A stretch of 64,000 bases of DNA from Sphyrna mokarran. Lineage: Eukaryota. The position numbers and the translations under genes were made by a program. Under the pieces are notes generated by a model that ran no database searches, was not told the DNA's origin, and saw only the letters and a program-made list of their open reading frames with translations. This document shows, in pieces, positions 1 to 13,064 of this stretch (within the stretch, counting starts at the first letter, position 1; each line of letters begins with the position of its first letter). Location: positions 123,256,001-123,320,000 of the forward strand of contig JAGIQG010000002.1 in the NCBI GenBank assembly GCA_024679065.1, given 5' to 3'.

Positions 1-3000
1 AAATGCTGGAAATCAAGTACCTACATAAGTATCTTTGGTTTCTGTGCTAACTGATTAAGAAAGGATTCAAGTCTATGGAGATACTGCTAAATTAGAACAA
101 TAGGTTTAGCTAACTGTTAATATATTTTGTCATGTTTAACCATTTTAATTGTAAAAGTGATGCCAACTCTCTTTATATTCTGTTCTTAAATAAAGTTTGT
201 TTTGATAAAAGCTTCCTAGTGGGTCTCTTGAATCATGAATGTAATACCTTGCTCACCCTTATGCCAAAATCAAATGCAAAAGTTGGGTCTAGGCTAACTT
301 CATAAAATGTCTTGGAGTTCCTGATATGGTTCTTAACAAACTGGGTGCTCTTTGAGAGATTAAAATCTGTATTCTTTGTTTAGTTTGGGATCATTGGACT
401 CAAAGACAGTGAGTGGTGAGTATATTTGTGTTCTCTTTCAAGTGTTGCACTTGGTTGGTTTAAGTAGGGAGTACCTGTGGTATAACAGCTCTTTCAGTGG
501 CTAAACATTTCCTGGATATGGAAGAAGTCACTCAGGGTGGTTTATAAAAGATGATTAAAGCAAAACTTTTGGAAGTGACAAACAAGCTGCAGTTGATGTT
601 ACCTGATTGGGCAAGGAAACAGAGATAATTGCAGTGATAGTTCAGCATTTAAAATTGCCAGAGAAACAGTAGGAATAATTGGGAATGGCTGCAATTCAAT
701 TACAAATGAAGCAGCTTGAATTAGAGGCAAAAGAAAGGGAAAGAGTAACAAAAGCAAGAGAGAGTGGAAAAGAGAGCAAAAGAATCAAAACAGTTTGAAC
801 GTGAAAAGGAAATGAAATAGACTGAATGGTGATTAAGAGCTGAGGAAAAAAGAATGGGAAAGAATAGCCCTTGCAGACAAAAGGAAAAAAAGTACTGGCA
901 TAACTAAAAAGAAAAAGAGGATTTGAACTTTGGAAAGTGGAACTAAAAAGCGAATGTCTACTTAATGGTGGAGATAAAGTAAATTATGAGTGTAGTGGTG
1001 AGGATAATGAGTCAACCTATCAATCAAAGGCTTAGTGGGAAAGTCTGTTTAAATTTGTGCAAGCATTGTTAATGTTTAATGAGAAAGATGTGGAAGCCTT
1101 TTTCATTTCATTTGAGAAAGCAGCTAAACAAATGAAATGAAATGAGCATAGACCATGTGGATATCATTGATTCAAACAAAATTGATAGGTAAAGCTAATG
1201 AGGTATTAGTTTCACTATCGGACGAAGTATCTAGGGATTATGATAAGTGAAAAAAGCCATCTTAAGTTCATATGAACTAGCGCCAGAAACGTATAGACAA
1301 CAATTAAGGAATCAAAGAAAAGAATCTGGTCAAATATACATAGAATTTAAAAGGATCAAAGTAATTTTGACAGGCGGATAAGTGCATTGAAAATAGACCA
1401 GATATATGTCACCCTTGGGGAGACAGTTACGTTGGAGGAGTTTAAAAATTCACTTCTTTAAGTTGTAAGAACTCATGTGGAAGAGCAGACAGTTAAAACT
1501 GCAAGATTAGCAGCAGAAATAGCAGATGATTATGAATTAGTTCATAAACTGAAATTTGGTTTCCAACATCAGTTTTAGCCTGTGGAGGATAGAAACTGGA
1601 GAAAGAGAAATGCTCAGGTGATAAAAGCAAAGACAATCTTGGGAGACAGTAAAGACATTGCACCTCAGGTTTAATAAGGAAACACATGAGGGTGGAAAGT
1701 TAAAAAGCCTCAGATGTTTTCACTATAATAAAGATACAGAAAAATCACAATTTTGGTGTAAGATAAACATTGCGAAGCATTTTGTGATAAAACAGCCAGT
1801 GGGGTTTGTTAAAGTGGCAAAGGAAACCCCAGTTGAAACTAAAAAGGTGCTATAGAATGTACCAGATCCCTTTAAAGAATTTACTTGTAGAGAAATTATT
1901 TTGTCCAGGAATACAGTATATCTTGGGTTGTATATCTTGTTTATCTTAGTAATGTAGCTGGATGACAAGTAGGAAACAGTGCCTACTGTGGTTGAAAAGC
2001 CAGTGGAAAATCAAACCATTAAGGCATTAAAGGAAACATATCCTGGCATTTTTCCTGATTGTGTGGTAACAATGTCACAAAGTCATTAGTTAAGAAGAGA
2101 ATCAGAGAAAAGATAAAAAAATTGAATTTCTATTATCAGAATCCTTTTTAATCAGATGGTTGAGAAAGGACTAGGATAGGTGGAAGATGAAGTGGATATT
2201 TTTAGTTCAGAAGAATATGGAGATAGAGCAGTTGTATCAGAGAGCATGGAAGAAGAATCTGAATGTATACCGGAATGTTAGTGCCTTAAAAGTTATGTTT
2301 TAATGGGGAAGTGGATACATTTACATATTCAGATGGATAAAAATTAGGCAGAAGTTCATCAAGTTGTTATTACCAATGGGTTATTGAAAGGAGGTATTGC
2401 AATAGCCCATGAGGTATCTACCAATAGGTCACTTGGGAATAAGGAAAATACAAATTAATACTGAAACACTTTTATTGGCCTGGACTTCATAAAGATGTGA
2501 CTAAATTTTGCCAAACATGTCAGACGTCAGGTAATAGCAAACCTCAAGTGGTGATAAGACGAGTACCCTTAATCTCATTCTAGTATTTCCCTCCCTAAAA
2601 TGAAAGTGGGAATCGATATTCATTGACCATAATGGATGTGTTTACTAGATTTCCAGAAGCCATTACACAGTATTACAGCTAAAAAGAATGTGGAGGAGTT
2701 ACTTAATTTTTTCCCCAGATGTGGACTATCCATAGAGATACAAAGTTTTTCAAGAGTAAATGGATAGCTTAGGAATAAAACAATTTAAATTAACTGCACA
2801 CCATCCAGAATTGTAGAGAACAATAGAACACTGGAATTAAACTTTAAAAACAAAGTTGAGGACTTATAGTCAAGATTATCTGGAGGATTGGGATCAAGGA
2901 ATTCCATTTGTATTTTTTTTCCCTCTATCAGGGATGCACCTAAATTTAGTCAATTTGAATTCATTTTTAGTCATAAGAGGATGACTAAAACTAATCAAAG

Positions 3001-5330
3001 AAAAATTAATGAATCAGCATTCTGAGACTGTTATTGGACTATGAGCCCTATTTTACCATTTGAAGTGCTGGGCAGACTTGGAACTGGGAATGTTTCAGAC
3101 CCAACTTTTAAACCCATTCTCAGGGATCCCCCACAGGCACTTTGCCTGAGAAAACAGCAGCGATTCTGAATCATGCTGCAGAAGCCTGTGGGGAGAGCTT
3201 ATTCCATCTGAAACACCGTAGCTCTGATCGGCGCCTCCTGATCTGCTCATGCACAGTAAAAAAAAACTCCTGCCACAACACTCCCTGGCCAGATAATGCT
3301 TCATCCTAGCTCCCATGGATACTGTCCCATCCCCACAACATAACGGATCCCCTTATCTCCCCACTCCCCGAGAATAATCGCAGACCCCTTCCCGCTACCG
3401 ATCATAGAGTGGCAGTGCACTGCCCTTCCCTTCCAGTGATCGCGTGAAGAGTGGCAATGGTGCTCCCCTTCCCCCCGGTCTGAGTCAGAGAGCAATCTGA
3501 CCCACCTCCCCCACAAACCACAGAACCATCTGACCTACCTCCTTTCTCCTTCCCACCAGGAGTCACCTGACTTGCCTCTCTCCTCTCCCCCCCACTCCTA
3601 CCAGAGATATCCAATCTGCATCCCTTCCTCCTTCCCCAAGCCACTTGACACGTCTTCCTTTCCCTCCCACCGGCGAGCCATCCTTGTTTTATTCCCACTT
3701 AAGAGTCATCTGACTCATCTCCCTCCCACCACTCCCCCTCACCCATCGATCTGAGTCGGAGCGCCACTGGAAACTCAGAACTTATCTCAGAAGCTGGAGC
3801 GCCCGAATTGGAGCTTTGCCGAGCATATCTGTTTCGTGCCAAATCCGGATAAGCAAACGCAATGGTAAAGGTGTAAGTGCTGATAAGTTTGGGTGCGCAG
3901 CCTATTAAGTCAATAAAAATGTATGCAAGTGTCTGACTTTACCAAGTTTTCGTGCCCAAAAACAGGTGCAACTTGATGCTAAAATTGAGCCCTATGTGTC
4001 AAACTTTAGGGAAAGATTGAATAAAGTAGATGAATTGGCTAAGCAGCATTTAAAAAGTGGCACAGCATGCAATGAAACACAGTGGATATGAAATCAAAAA
4101 GTTGTAGTTTTGCTGGTGGGGATAAAGTATTAGTATTATTGCCAATAGTAGGTGAACCTTTAAAAGCATGGTTTCGTGGACCTTATCAAATTGAAAGAAA
4201 ATTGAGTGAGGTGAATTATTTCACAAGAACACCAGATAGAAGGAAAACTCAAGGAATGTGTCATGTGAATATGCTTAAACGATATTTTGATGGAGAAAGT
4301 GCAAAGAAAGCTGTTAGTGGCTGCAACTCAGAATGAAAAACCAAATCCAGATGATTCTGAATTTGACATTCCTCAAATCAAATTGGATAATGAGGAAGTT
4401 ATCAGAAATTGAAATAAATTATTGAGTTACCTTCCAGAGAAAAATCTAAATGATCTGAAAGAGATATTAAAACTACACAGAGAGATATGTGGGGATACAC
4501 TAGGAAGTACTAAAATTATTGTGAATGAGATAGTGTGGAAAATGTTGTTCCAATTGAGTAACATCCACGTTGGCTTAATCCTTTCAAGTCGGCACAGATT
4601 TAGAAAGAAAAGCTGATGTTTATTCAGTCTGAGGTGCATAGCCAAAAGTCTTGATTAAACATGTTAAACTGGTGAAGGCAGAGAAGGAGAACCAGTTTCT
4701 GGACAATGATAAGAATAAAGAAAATGAGCAGGTGTGGAAACAGATGCAAGAAAATTGACTGAATTGAAATCTGCTCCTGAGTTGTTGAAATTACTGAATA
4801 TAAATTGCAGGATTGTCAGAAACAGTTTATCATCTATGCGAAGAAAAATGTAGATGAATCAACAGTCGTGTGATCTCAAGATGAAGACTGAGGAGCAGAA
4901 GTATTAGACTATTGCAAATGAAAGAAAAAGACAATGGTGTGAATTAAGACGTTTGCTGAAATTGCACATCATTTGAAATAAATTACTGGGATAATGAAGC
5001 TGTGCAGTTTACACAGACATGGATCCCAATGAAACGGTGCTGTTCATGGTTAAGTGTTAAAAGTAAATTATGGTGATTGTCGCAGCAGCACAACTGTCAC
5101 AGTGATTTCAGCCTTGGACTGAAATTGATTTAATAGGTTACGGAGAGGGGTTGGGGAGTGAGGGAAGATGGTTTGACTGTGTGTGCGGGTAGGAATGGGA
5201 AAGTTTGAACTAAAGGAGTATATAAACATCTTTGGTTTCTATGCTAAATGGTTCTAAGGAAGGGATTTATGTCTATGGAAGATGCTGCTAAATTGGAGCA
5301 ATAGAGGTAGTTAATGTTTACAAGCTCAGC
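1..5330 (+). mobile_element. Degenerate Gmr1-like Gypsy LTR retrotransposon (SCAN-type gag, integrase before RT)
   Basis: 5' LTR ends ...TTAACA at 338, followed by a degenerate tRNA-Pro-like PBS (342-360); gag FNEKDVEAFFISFEKAAKQMK and YELAPETYRQ; integrase HHCC (~2400-2530) and GPYQIERKLSEVNY; RT start ~4422; 5222-5319 repeats LTR sequence 25-118; many stops and frameshifts. Confidence 0.9.
3043..3992. mobile_element. Non-autonomous PIF/Harbinger-like element inserted in the Gypsy integrase
   Basis: Imperfect TIRs GAGCCCTATTTTACCAT / ATGCTAAAATTGAGCCC; 3-bp TSD TAT; removing it restores the integrase frame LLDYVSN. Confidence 0.85.
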
Positions 5331-5398
5331 TAACATATAAAACAAGAGATTAACGCTGCATCTCCCTTCAGGAGGCTAATCACAATAGCCTTCACTCA

Positions 5399-6152
5399 GG
5401 GTTGAATTTTATGCTCTTCTAGCAACCATATTTCACATGGGGAGGAGCACTTAAATGGTGGTGGGTGGGTGGGGCGAGGGGGATGGGTGCCCATCCGACC
5501 ACTTTCCCAAGCTTACTGCTGTATTATTGAGAGGAGGGGTGGAATGTTGTAATAGGCAGCTCACTCACTCACCATATTTAAAGAACTAAATGTCAAGTGT
5601 CAAGCCATTGATTCTGACAGGACACTATCCATGCCATAAAATGTTTAGCATAGGCAGCAGGCTGGGAGCAAGAAATACAATTTTTTTTTATTTTAGGTGC
5701 TTAAAGGGTGGGAAGGAAGGAGTGAGTAAGCCAATCTTCAAGGGCTTTCTTGTGCCAACTGCAGGACAACATACTCCCTTAGTTTAAACTTTCCCATTCC
5801 TACCCGCACTCTCACTTAAACCACTTTCCTTCATTCCCCAACCCCTCTCTGTAACCCACTAAATCACTTCCAGCCCAAGACTGCAGACTTTCCTGCTCCA
5901 AAGAATTCATCTTCTTATTTTGAAGTCCCAACAGTTGCCACTAACACCTTCCAAGCACTGCTGAGGCTGATGGGGCTGGTTGTCAGCTTGAGAAGATGAG
6001 ACTTCCTCCCACTGAGGGTCAGAAGTCCCACATAGCTCTGATTAGTCCACCCTGCAGGATTTCATAATTGTGTGGTGGGAGCATATTGGCATGTGGTTTC
6101 TGCGGTTGCTTGCTGTCCTGCCACCTTCCCCAACTTCCATATTATTCGGCTC
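5399..6152. mobile_element. Old Harbinger-like MITE remnant
   Basis: Begins GGGTTGAATTTTA like other MITE termini in the window; degenerate right end ATATTATTCGGCTC. Confidence 0.45.
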
Positions 6153-6442
6153 ATTGTTTCAGGTGTGCTGCCTTTAAATCGAGACAAAGATTAAAAGTCT
6201 ATGAAAAATGAGATATTAAACCCAGTGGGAATATAACAAACCTTGACATGTACTGGCCATGAAATCCTCACCACATCAACACTGTTCCCTCTACACAGTT
6301 ACTCACAACTTATGCCTTCAAAGAATTCTTGCATGCACCTGGCCACACTGACAAAAAACTTAAACGTACTACACCTTGGTCTGAACTCAATGCACAGGAG
6401 AAAAAAGTTGAGAGATCAAGAATGGTCCATTATAAAACATAC

Positions 6443-6703
6443 CGTCTACAATTAAATGTGAGGACTGTTTCTGGGTGATCATGTTCGCAATCACACAAGT
6501 GTATACCTCACAGCTCGTTGATGGTTTTACAATCAGTGTTCTGTTGTCATTGGACAGTTTGTAAGTTCTATGGCTTTGAAGTGGGTGACCATTATAAAGC
6601 CACCAAATTGCAATTATATCTTCATTTTCCAAAACACATTCAAGATAAACAACATTCTGTTCAAGGATATAGTTTGCAATTATCACTGGCTGTCCCAAAA
6701 GAT
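6443..6703 (-). CDS. Exon 3: C2-set Ig domain
   Basis: Acceptor tttttgtctgttttcag|, donor G|GTATGT; 261 bp, phase 1-1; DLLGQPVI...VYLEC...WWLYNGHPL...LSNDNRTLIV...YTCVIAN, typical of the CD2/CEACAM/HEPACAM second domain. Confidence 0.9.
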
Positions 6704-7792
6704 CTGAAAACAGACAAAAATTACATGACAATAATTGAACAAGGTACGTTCATCTTCAAATAGCATGATGACAAATATAATGCTTAAGATTCAGTTTATA
6801 ACCAAAAAAATAGAAAGTGCAGAAAGAAACTGAAAAAGTTAATACCAGATGCAAAGAATTGTTACAAGAAAGGATCAATGCACAGAATACTATAATATCA
6901 TTATATTAACATACAAGTCATGGAATGGATGCAGTTTTCTGCAATTAACTTGTGCCCATTATTTCCAATGCAGAAACATACAAACATCATGCTACCTGTT
7001 ATTTTAAATAATTGCTGCATGCAGATGATCTGTATGTGGTAGGACACCAGATAGGACAGGGGGCCTGGTTAAAACACATGCCAACACAGTGGTTCTGAAT
7101 GGAGAACTTAGACGAGGACTTTGGCTGCAAAGTATGCCAGTGGGTATACAATGAAATGATTGGTTCCTTGGGCACGTGTGCCAGAAACCCAACCTTTAAG
7201 GCAAGCAGCATGAAAGAATCCAGCAGTAACTTGACACAGTTCATGTAGAGCTGGAGCCCATCCAACTTCCACTACTTAAGACACTTGAGGAGTAACTACG
7301 AGGCACAAAATGATGGTCACTATCTTAATTTCTGTTGCAGGAGCAGAAAATATTGAAAGTCTGCACGCAGCCATGCAAGCTCAAAATGTTGTCACCATAG
7401 CTGTAGCTGCTCACTCACATTCAAATAATCTTGCATTTTTTTTGGCACTCCAGCAACTTTTCCTCCAACACATTATTAGAGTTGCTGAAGTATCTAACTT
7501 AAGAGCAGCAATAATAATAAACAAACAGCTTCCACGAATGCAATTGCTTGTCTGCCTGTCAGTCCAGACTGCTGCAGACCATACCAAAGTACAGCAATGT
7601 GAAGTCAAGCCATCAAGATAACTTATAATCTCCCTCATTGAAAATCAATAGCCTTCCAAAGGAGTATTATGACAGGCAGTAGCACTGGGAATACATACAC
7701 CAACTGAATGTACAAAGGTGAAATTAGCTGAAGTTAGTTTCATTATAATAATGGCTGGATTTAAAAATTTGCTTTGGAAATTATGTCAAAAG

Positions 7793-8110
7793 ATGTGAGG
7801 CTTAGGTAGATTGGCCATGCTAAATTGCCCCTTAATGTCAGGTGGATTAGCAGGGTAAATACATGGGGTTACAGGGATAGAGTCGAGATGGGATTGTTGT
7901 CAGTGCAGGTTTGGTGAGCCGAATGGCCTCCTTCTGTACTGTAGGGATTCCATGATTCGAGAAAGTGCCATAAAGATTTACAAGAATGGTTCCAGGGGTG
8001 AGAAACTTCAGTTAAGAGGATGGATTGGAGAGGCTGTTCCCTTGGAGAGAAGGCAGCTGAAGAGGAGATTTGATAGAGATGTTCAAAATCATGAGTGGGC
8101 TAGAGAAAGC
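7793..8110 (+). mobile_element. 3' half of V-SINE followed by a CR1 3' fragment
   Basis: gatgtgaggcttaggtagattggccatgctaaattgcccc...gggccgaatggcctccttctg-like tail, then CR1 RFTRMVPG / RGDLIEMFKIM. Confidence 0.7.
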
Positions 8111-8114
8111 ACAT

Positions 8115-10430
8115 TAGAATATAAGAAATAGAAGCCAGAAAAGACTACTGGACCCTTCAAGCCCAGTAACCCAGAAGGGATTCTTAACAAGATCCCTGAA
8201 TAATCCTTTTTCATTACATTAAATATAAAATAGCCTTTCCCGGGTAGGTTCCATAATGTACTGCTCTAAAAAGCAATCCCTGATACATTCTTCTTCTACA
8301 CTACCATTGCTGGTTTGGTTTGTCCAGTCATTGTGCAGATGAAAATCTCCAATGATAAATGCAGTTCCCTTCAGACATGTCCTTGATATTTCCCCACTTA
8401 TGTGCTGACTTCTTGAGAGGTCATGTTTTGGACATCTATAGACTACTCCCACTTTTGTCTTCCTTCTCCTGCTATTCGTGATTTCAGCCCAAATCAATTT
8501 TACATTTCCATCCGCTGCCTTTATATCATGGCAAGAAGCCTCACAAGTTAAAAGTCCAACAGGCTTATTTGCTCAGAAAGTTGTGCTATCAAATAAACCT
8601 GTCAAAATTTGACCTAATACTGTGTGACTTATTGCTGTGCCCATCCTAGTCCAATGCCAGCACCTCCACATCATTGATATCATGACTCAGCACTGCTCTG
8701 AAACCTTTCCTGATTAACAACGCAATGCCACATCCTTTCCTCTGTGGCCTGTTTTTTTTTTGGAATGTTGGATACTCCGAAATGTTGAATACATAATTAC
8801 AGGAAGTCATGCAAGCACATTTCTTTAATAGCTAATACATCATACTCATCCATTTTGTTGCAAGTGCTCTGAACATTCAGATAAAGTACATTTCGCTTTG
8901 ATTTTTTATAATAGTTTACAACTCTGGTTTTGCTCTATGTTGCATATTTTTGTTTATGTTTCCTGTCCTGGCCTGTCAAACTATGACAGTCAACTTCCAT
9001 CTAACTATTCTGTGCCATCGTTCCCTCACATACCCCATTTTTTAAACTTCTCATTGTTGTAACCACCCCCCCCTTCCCCACCAACACCATCACCAGCCAC
9101 CAAACCACCCCCACCCCCACTGTCCCCACCAAGTTAGGGTTCTTGTACGAGTCCTTGCTGTAATATAGTGTTCGTATAATCTGTCCCTACCTTAGTTTCC
9201 TATTTACACTCAAATTAACCACTAACCTGATTGATCTTTAACTTCGAGTTCCCAATTTCCAAACAACTGAAACCTCACCCCCACTCTTGAATTTAGAGCA
9301 CTCAAGAACACAAGTTGCAGCATGGTTCAGATGTACAATAGTACAGCCCCCACTTTCCACAGTACTGATGACCAATGTCATACAAATTGATATCTACTTC
9401 TCCCATACCAGTCTTGCAGCTATGCATTCATCTCTCAGATTTTAGGTAATCTCTGCCAATTTGTGCATGGCTCAGGTAATAATCCAAAGATTATAACTTT
9501 TAAGATCCTGTTCTTTAATGCCAAACTCCTCAAACTGCCTATCCACAACCTCCTTCCTCATTCTATCTATGCCGTTGGTGCCTACAGCAACTATGACCAC
9601 TGGATCCTCCCGCTCCTACTGCAAGTTCAGCTCCAGCCCAAAGCAGATGTCCTGAACCTAGCACTGGACAAGCAATACAGCCTTCGACACTCTGAGTCTT
9701 GGCTACAGAGGACAGAATTTATTCTTCTGATTATACTACCCCTAAGTACAACATTTCTCTTCTCTCTGGCCACATGAACGGTACCCTGAACCACAGTGCT
9801 TTGGTCAGTTTGCTCATTCCTCCTCCAGTCCTCTCTCATATTCACACAAGGAACAAAAATCTCATACCTGTTGGAAAAGGGCTGAGGCTCCTGCAGTGCT
9901 GTCCCTTGGATCCCTCTACCTGCCTCACACACAGTCACACCCTCCTGTCCCTGACCACTGGCAAAATTCAAAGTAGTCAGTCTGAGGGGTGTTAACTGCC
10001 TCCTGAAACACAGCACCCAGGTGCATCTCCCCCTCCCTGATGTGTTGCAGCATCTCAAGCTCGAACTCCAGTTCATCAACTCTGAACTACAGTTCCTCAG
10101 GCATCAAATACTACAGATGTGTTCATTACAAAACAGTGTCCACCAGCTCCGACATCGTACAGTTATAACTCATCGACTGGCTTTCCACCCCTATTTTAAT
10201 TAGTATTTAATTGGGTTTTTTAAAAATCAAAATGTTCAACAGGTTTTTATCTGTTTAATCACTAAAATATTTTCCCCTATTACCCTTTAATTTGAAAGCA
10301 ATTTAGAATAAGCAATTCAAATTAGTAGTTACACACCAGCCAATAAAATTACTGTTTTCCTGTGATATCACAATTTATCCCGCACAGGTCCGGCGTTCTC
10401 TGTTCCTCGGTGAATCGCATAGTCTTTATT
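8115..10430 (-). mobile_element. CR1 LINE 5' half (ORF1 and APE endonuclease remnants)
   Basis: ORF 9627-10079 (SNRYEI, NVVLRGSIIRRINSVLCSQDSECRRLYCL: CR1 ORF1 SGNH-esterase-like); ORF 8219-8497 (IWAEI, VGVVYR, IIGDFH, EPTRE). Confidence 0.85.
8530..8675 (+). mobile_element. Penelope-like inverted-terminus fragment nested in CR1
   Basis: Inverted arms aagtccaacaggcttatttg / caaataaacctgtc, then tail cctagtccaatgccagcacctccacatca; the central ribozyme part appears deleted. Confidence 0.55.
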
Positions 10431-10454
10431 GAAGTCTCGCCTCTCACATTAGTA

Positions 10455-11130
10455 AACCATCTGTAACTGCCCTTGAATTGACTAGCTTGCCAGACCTGCT
10501 TCAGAGGACAGCTAAGGGTCAAATGCATTACTGTGGGTCTGGAGTCACATGTCAGCCAGACCAGGTAAAGATGGCCTAATTTCCTTTCCTAACCACCATT
10601 AGTGAGTCAGATTGGCTTTTATGATAATCATTAGTGGGGCTGCTTGATGCCACACATGGTCAAATGCTGCCTTAAGATCATCTCCAGAATTTAGCTCTTT
10701 GCTCTGCATTTGAACCAAGTATTAAAGAAGACAGAAGCAGGGTACTAATAGAACAAAAGCTGACAACTAATCAGCAGATTATTTGTTACCTGTAGCACAG
10801 CTTACTTCATATTAGTCCACTCTCAGGAATCAGGAAAATAACAAATTGCTGGACTGAATGTGTTGTGCTTTTTGTGACGGAATATATCCAGACAATTTTT
10901 CACATTGTTGGGGGATGCCAGTGTTGTGGATATAGAGCAATATCTTGGCCAGAGGCGAAGATACTTCTGGAGCATAAGTCTTCATCACCACAGCAGAGAT
11001 GCTTTTAAAGCCTTTGCTATGTCTAGTGGACTCTATACTTCTTGATATCACATGGAATGATTAAAATTAGCTGTCTGGCACATATGATTATGGAGATTTC
11101 AGGAGGTGGAGATAAATCGTACACTTATGG
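10455..11130. mobile_element. Non-LTR retrotransposon remnants (LINE 3' UTR on plus, RT-linker fragment on minus)
   Basis: ORF 10830-11051 contains MKTYAPEVSSPLAKIL..NTGI, the pre-RT motif of CR1/L2-clade LINEs. Confidence 0.6.
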
Positions 11131-11612
11131 CTGAAAATAGTTGTAAATATTTCAGTCTTTTTTTGCACTTATTGTTTTGTGCTTTCCTTCCTCTGTTCTG
11201 TCCACAATGTATTAAAATGCAGACTCCAAATCAAATTTTAAATTCAATGCCACATTAGTGAATGTAAAAATAAGCTAATTGCCCTTGTTCATTTTTACAA
11301 TGCCTTTCATGTACCATTGCTTATCCAAGCGTTTCTACAAGGCCGTTCCTCTCTGGTGGAAGGCTGCTGATTTTCAGTGAAGTGAATGGCAAATAGCCTT
11401 GGAGGTTAACTTCAGACAGCTCTGGGCGGCACCACATTAGCACAGTTGACAGCAGCCTGCGCTGGCTGACGAACAAGAGGAAGGATCATGCTGGAATGTC
11501 ATGGTGTAAGCACAAATGATTTCATCTTGAAAGTTGATAGGATTGGGCTTCATAGAGAGATCCTTCTGGGATGACAACTCAGCAATGTATTCTGCTAAAG
11601 GACAGTGATGGA

Positions 11613-13064
11613 TGTTGTGAAAATGTAGGAGTCTCTCTGTTAGAGATCCGCAGCAGTCTAAATTTCTAGCAAGACATTGTCACAGACCACAGAAGAAAAG
11701 CTTAATTACTTTTTAGAAAATGGACATCAGGCCTCAGACTGGGAACTACAAGTCCCAGTAGGTTTCAGCAACTCTATGCATGTGCTAGTCCTGAAAAGGC
11801 CACACATGCACAAATCATTCCTTTTAATGGCCTTTAGGTTCTGCACAATGTGCCTGCAGGAAATGGCCACACATGCACAGTTGTGACATATTCTTGTTGT
11901 CAGGGTGGGAACCAGCCCTGTGCACATGCATAGTTTGGTCTTTTCTTCAGGATTTAAAACCAGCTCTGCATCTATACAAGGGGGTAAATGAAGATAAAAG
12001 TAAAACAGCATGGAAGAGATGGTCAGGTGACCCAGAAGGAAATGTCATTATCCAGAGAGACACAGAAAAAGCAACACTGCAAAGAGCAGTCCCAAACTAA
12101 GGAACTGAAAGGTCACAAAAACAGGGAGAGGAGCAGAAGTTCCGAGACTTTCTACTCAAAGGAAAAGAACAGAAATCTGGAAATGGTCCTGTTAAATGAA
12201 GTTCAGAGCAAGGAGCAGAAACTCCACATTAAAAGTCACAGCTGCAAGGTGCAGACCTGGAATAACATTGGGTTGTGAAAAGCCCAAGATCCAAGTAGGC
12301 ACAAAGATTGATCACTCAAAAGTGAATAATTTGAGAGGGATAATTAGAAACCTTCATGGGAAAGATGGAGTTCAGTGATGCAGTTGGTATAGTGTGGCAA
12401 ACATCTGAAAAGAGTTCATGGGAAATCCATAGCATCTACACTGGATGGCATGTCATTTGATATGAGGGTGTGGTGGATTTGACCACAGTTCATCTATTGG
12501 TTTACATGGACTGTATACTTAGAACATTAAGGCATGGTGGCATAGCGGTTAGCACTATTGCCTCACAGTGCCAAGGACCCAGGTTCAATTCCAGCCTTGG
12601 GTGACTGTGTGAAATTTACACACTCTCCCTGTATCTGCATGGATTTCCTCCCGTACTCCAAAGATGTGTGGCTTAGGTTGGTTGGCCATGCTAAACTGCC
12701 TTTAATGGCAGGGGGATTAGCAGCCTAAATAAGTGAGAATTGCGGGGATAGAACTTAGGTGGGATTGTTGTTGGTTCAGGCGCAGAAGGCCGAATGGTCT
12801 CTTTCTGCATTGTGAGGATTTCTATAATTACAGTATTAGATTTTGTAACTTGCATTACCTATGTATAGGTATAGTTGGCGTGAAAGACTATTAAATAGTA
12901 AAATAGTTTTTTTTTGTTTAATAAATATTTTCTTGTTTTGGTGAATGTTTACCGGCAATTACTGTGACTGTTCAGTGGCCATGTATATAAACAAAAAAAA
13001 ATAGGTAGGATCCATCAAGCTGATTCCATCCTGAAATCTGATTTGATCAGCTAGGATCATAACA
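11613..13064 (+). mobile_element. Probable solo LTR with nested SINE
   Basis: TGTTGTGA...TCATAACA termini; AATAAA ~12920; no clear TSD. Confidence 0.55.
12530..12830 (+). mobile_element. HE1/V-SINE-like tRNA-derived SINE
   Basis: A box tggcatagcgg, B box ggttcaattcc, V-domain and CR1-like tail. Confidence 0.85.

Noticed and set aside
6387-6442. Read-through of the C2 exon to a stop (secreted isoform GMFYNGPFLISQLFSPVH)
   Set aside because: Good donor at 6442, no nearby poly(A) signal seen on the minus strand, and CR1 debris follows
7411-7638. ORF with a hydrophobic stretch as a possible TM exon
   Set aside because: Lies upstream of the C2 exon in transcript order and within decayed transposon-like sequence
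12530-12600. tRNA-like A/B boxes here and in other copies
   Set aside because: SINE heads followed by V-domain and LINE tail, not tRNA genes
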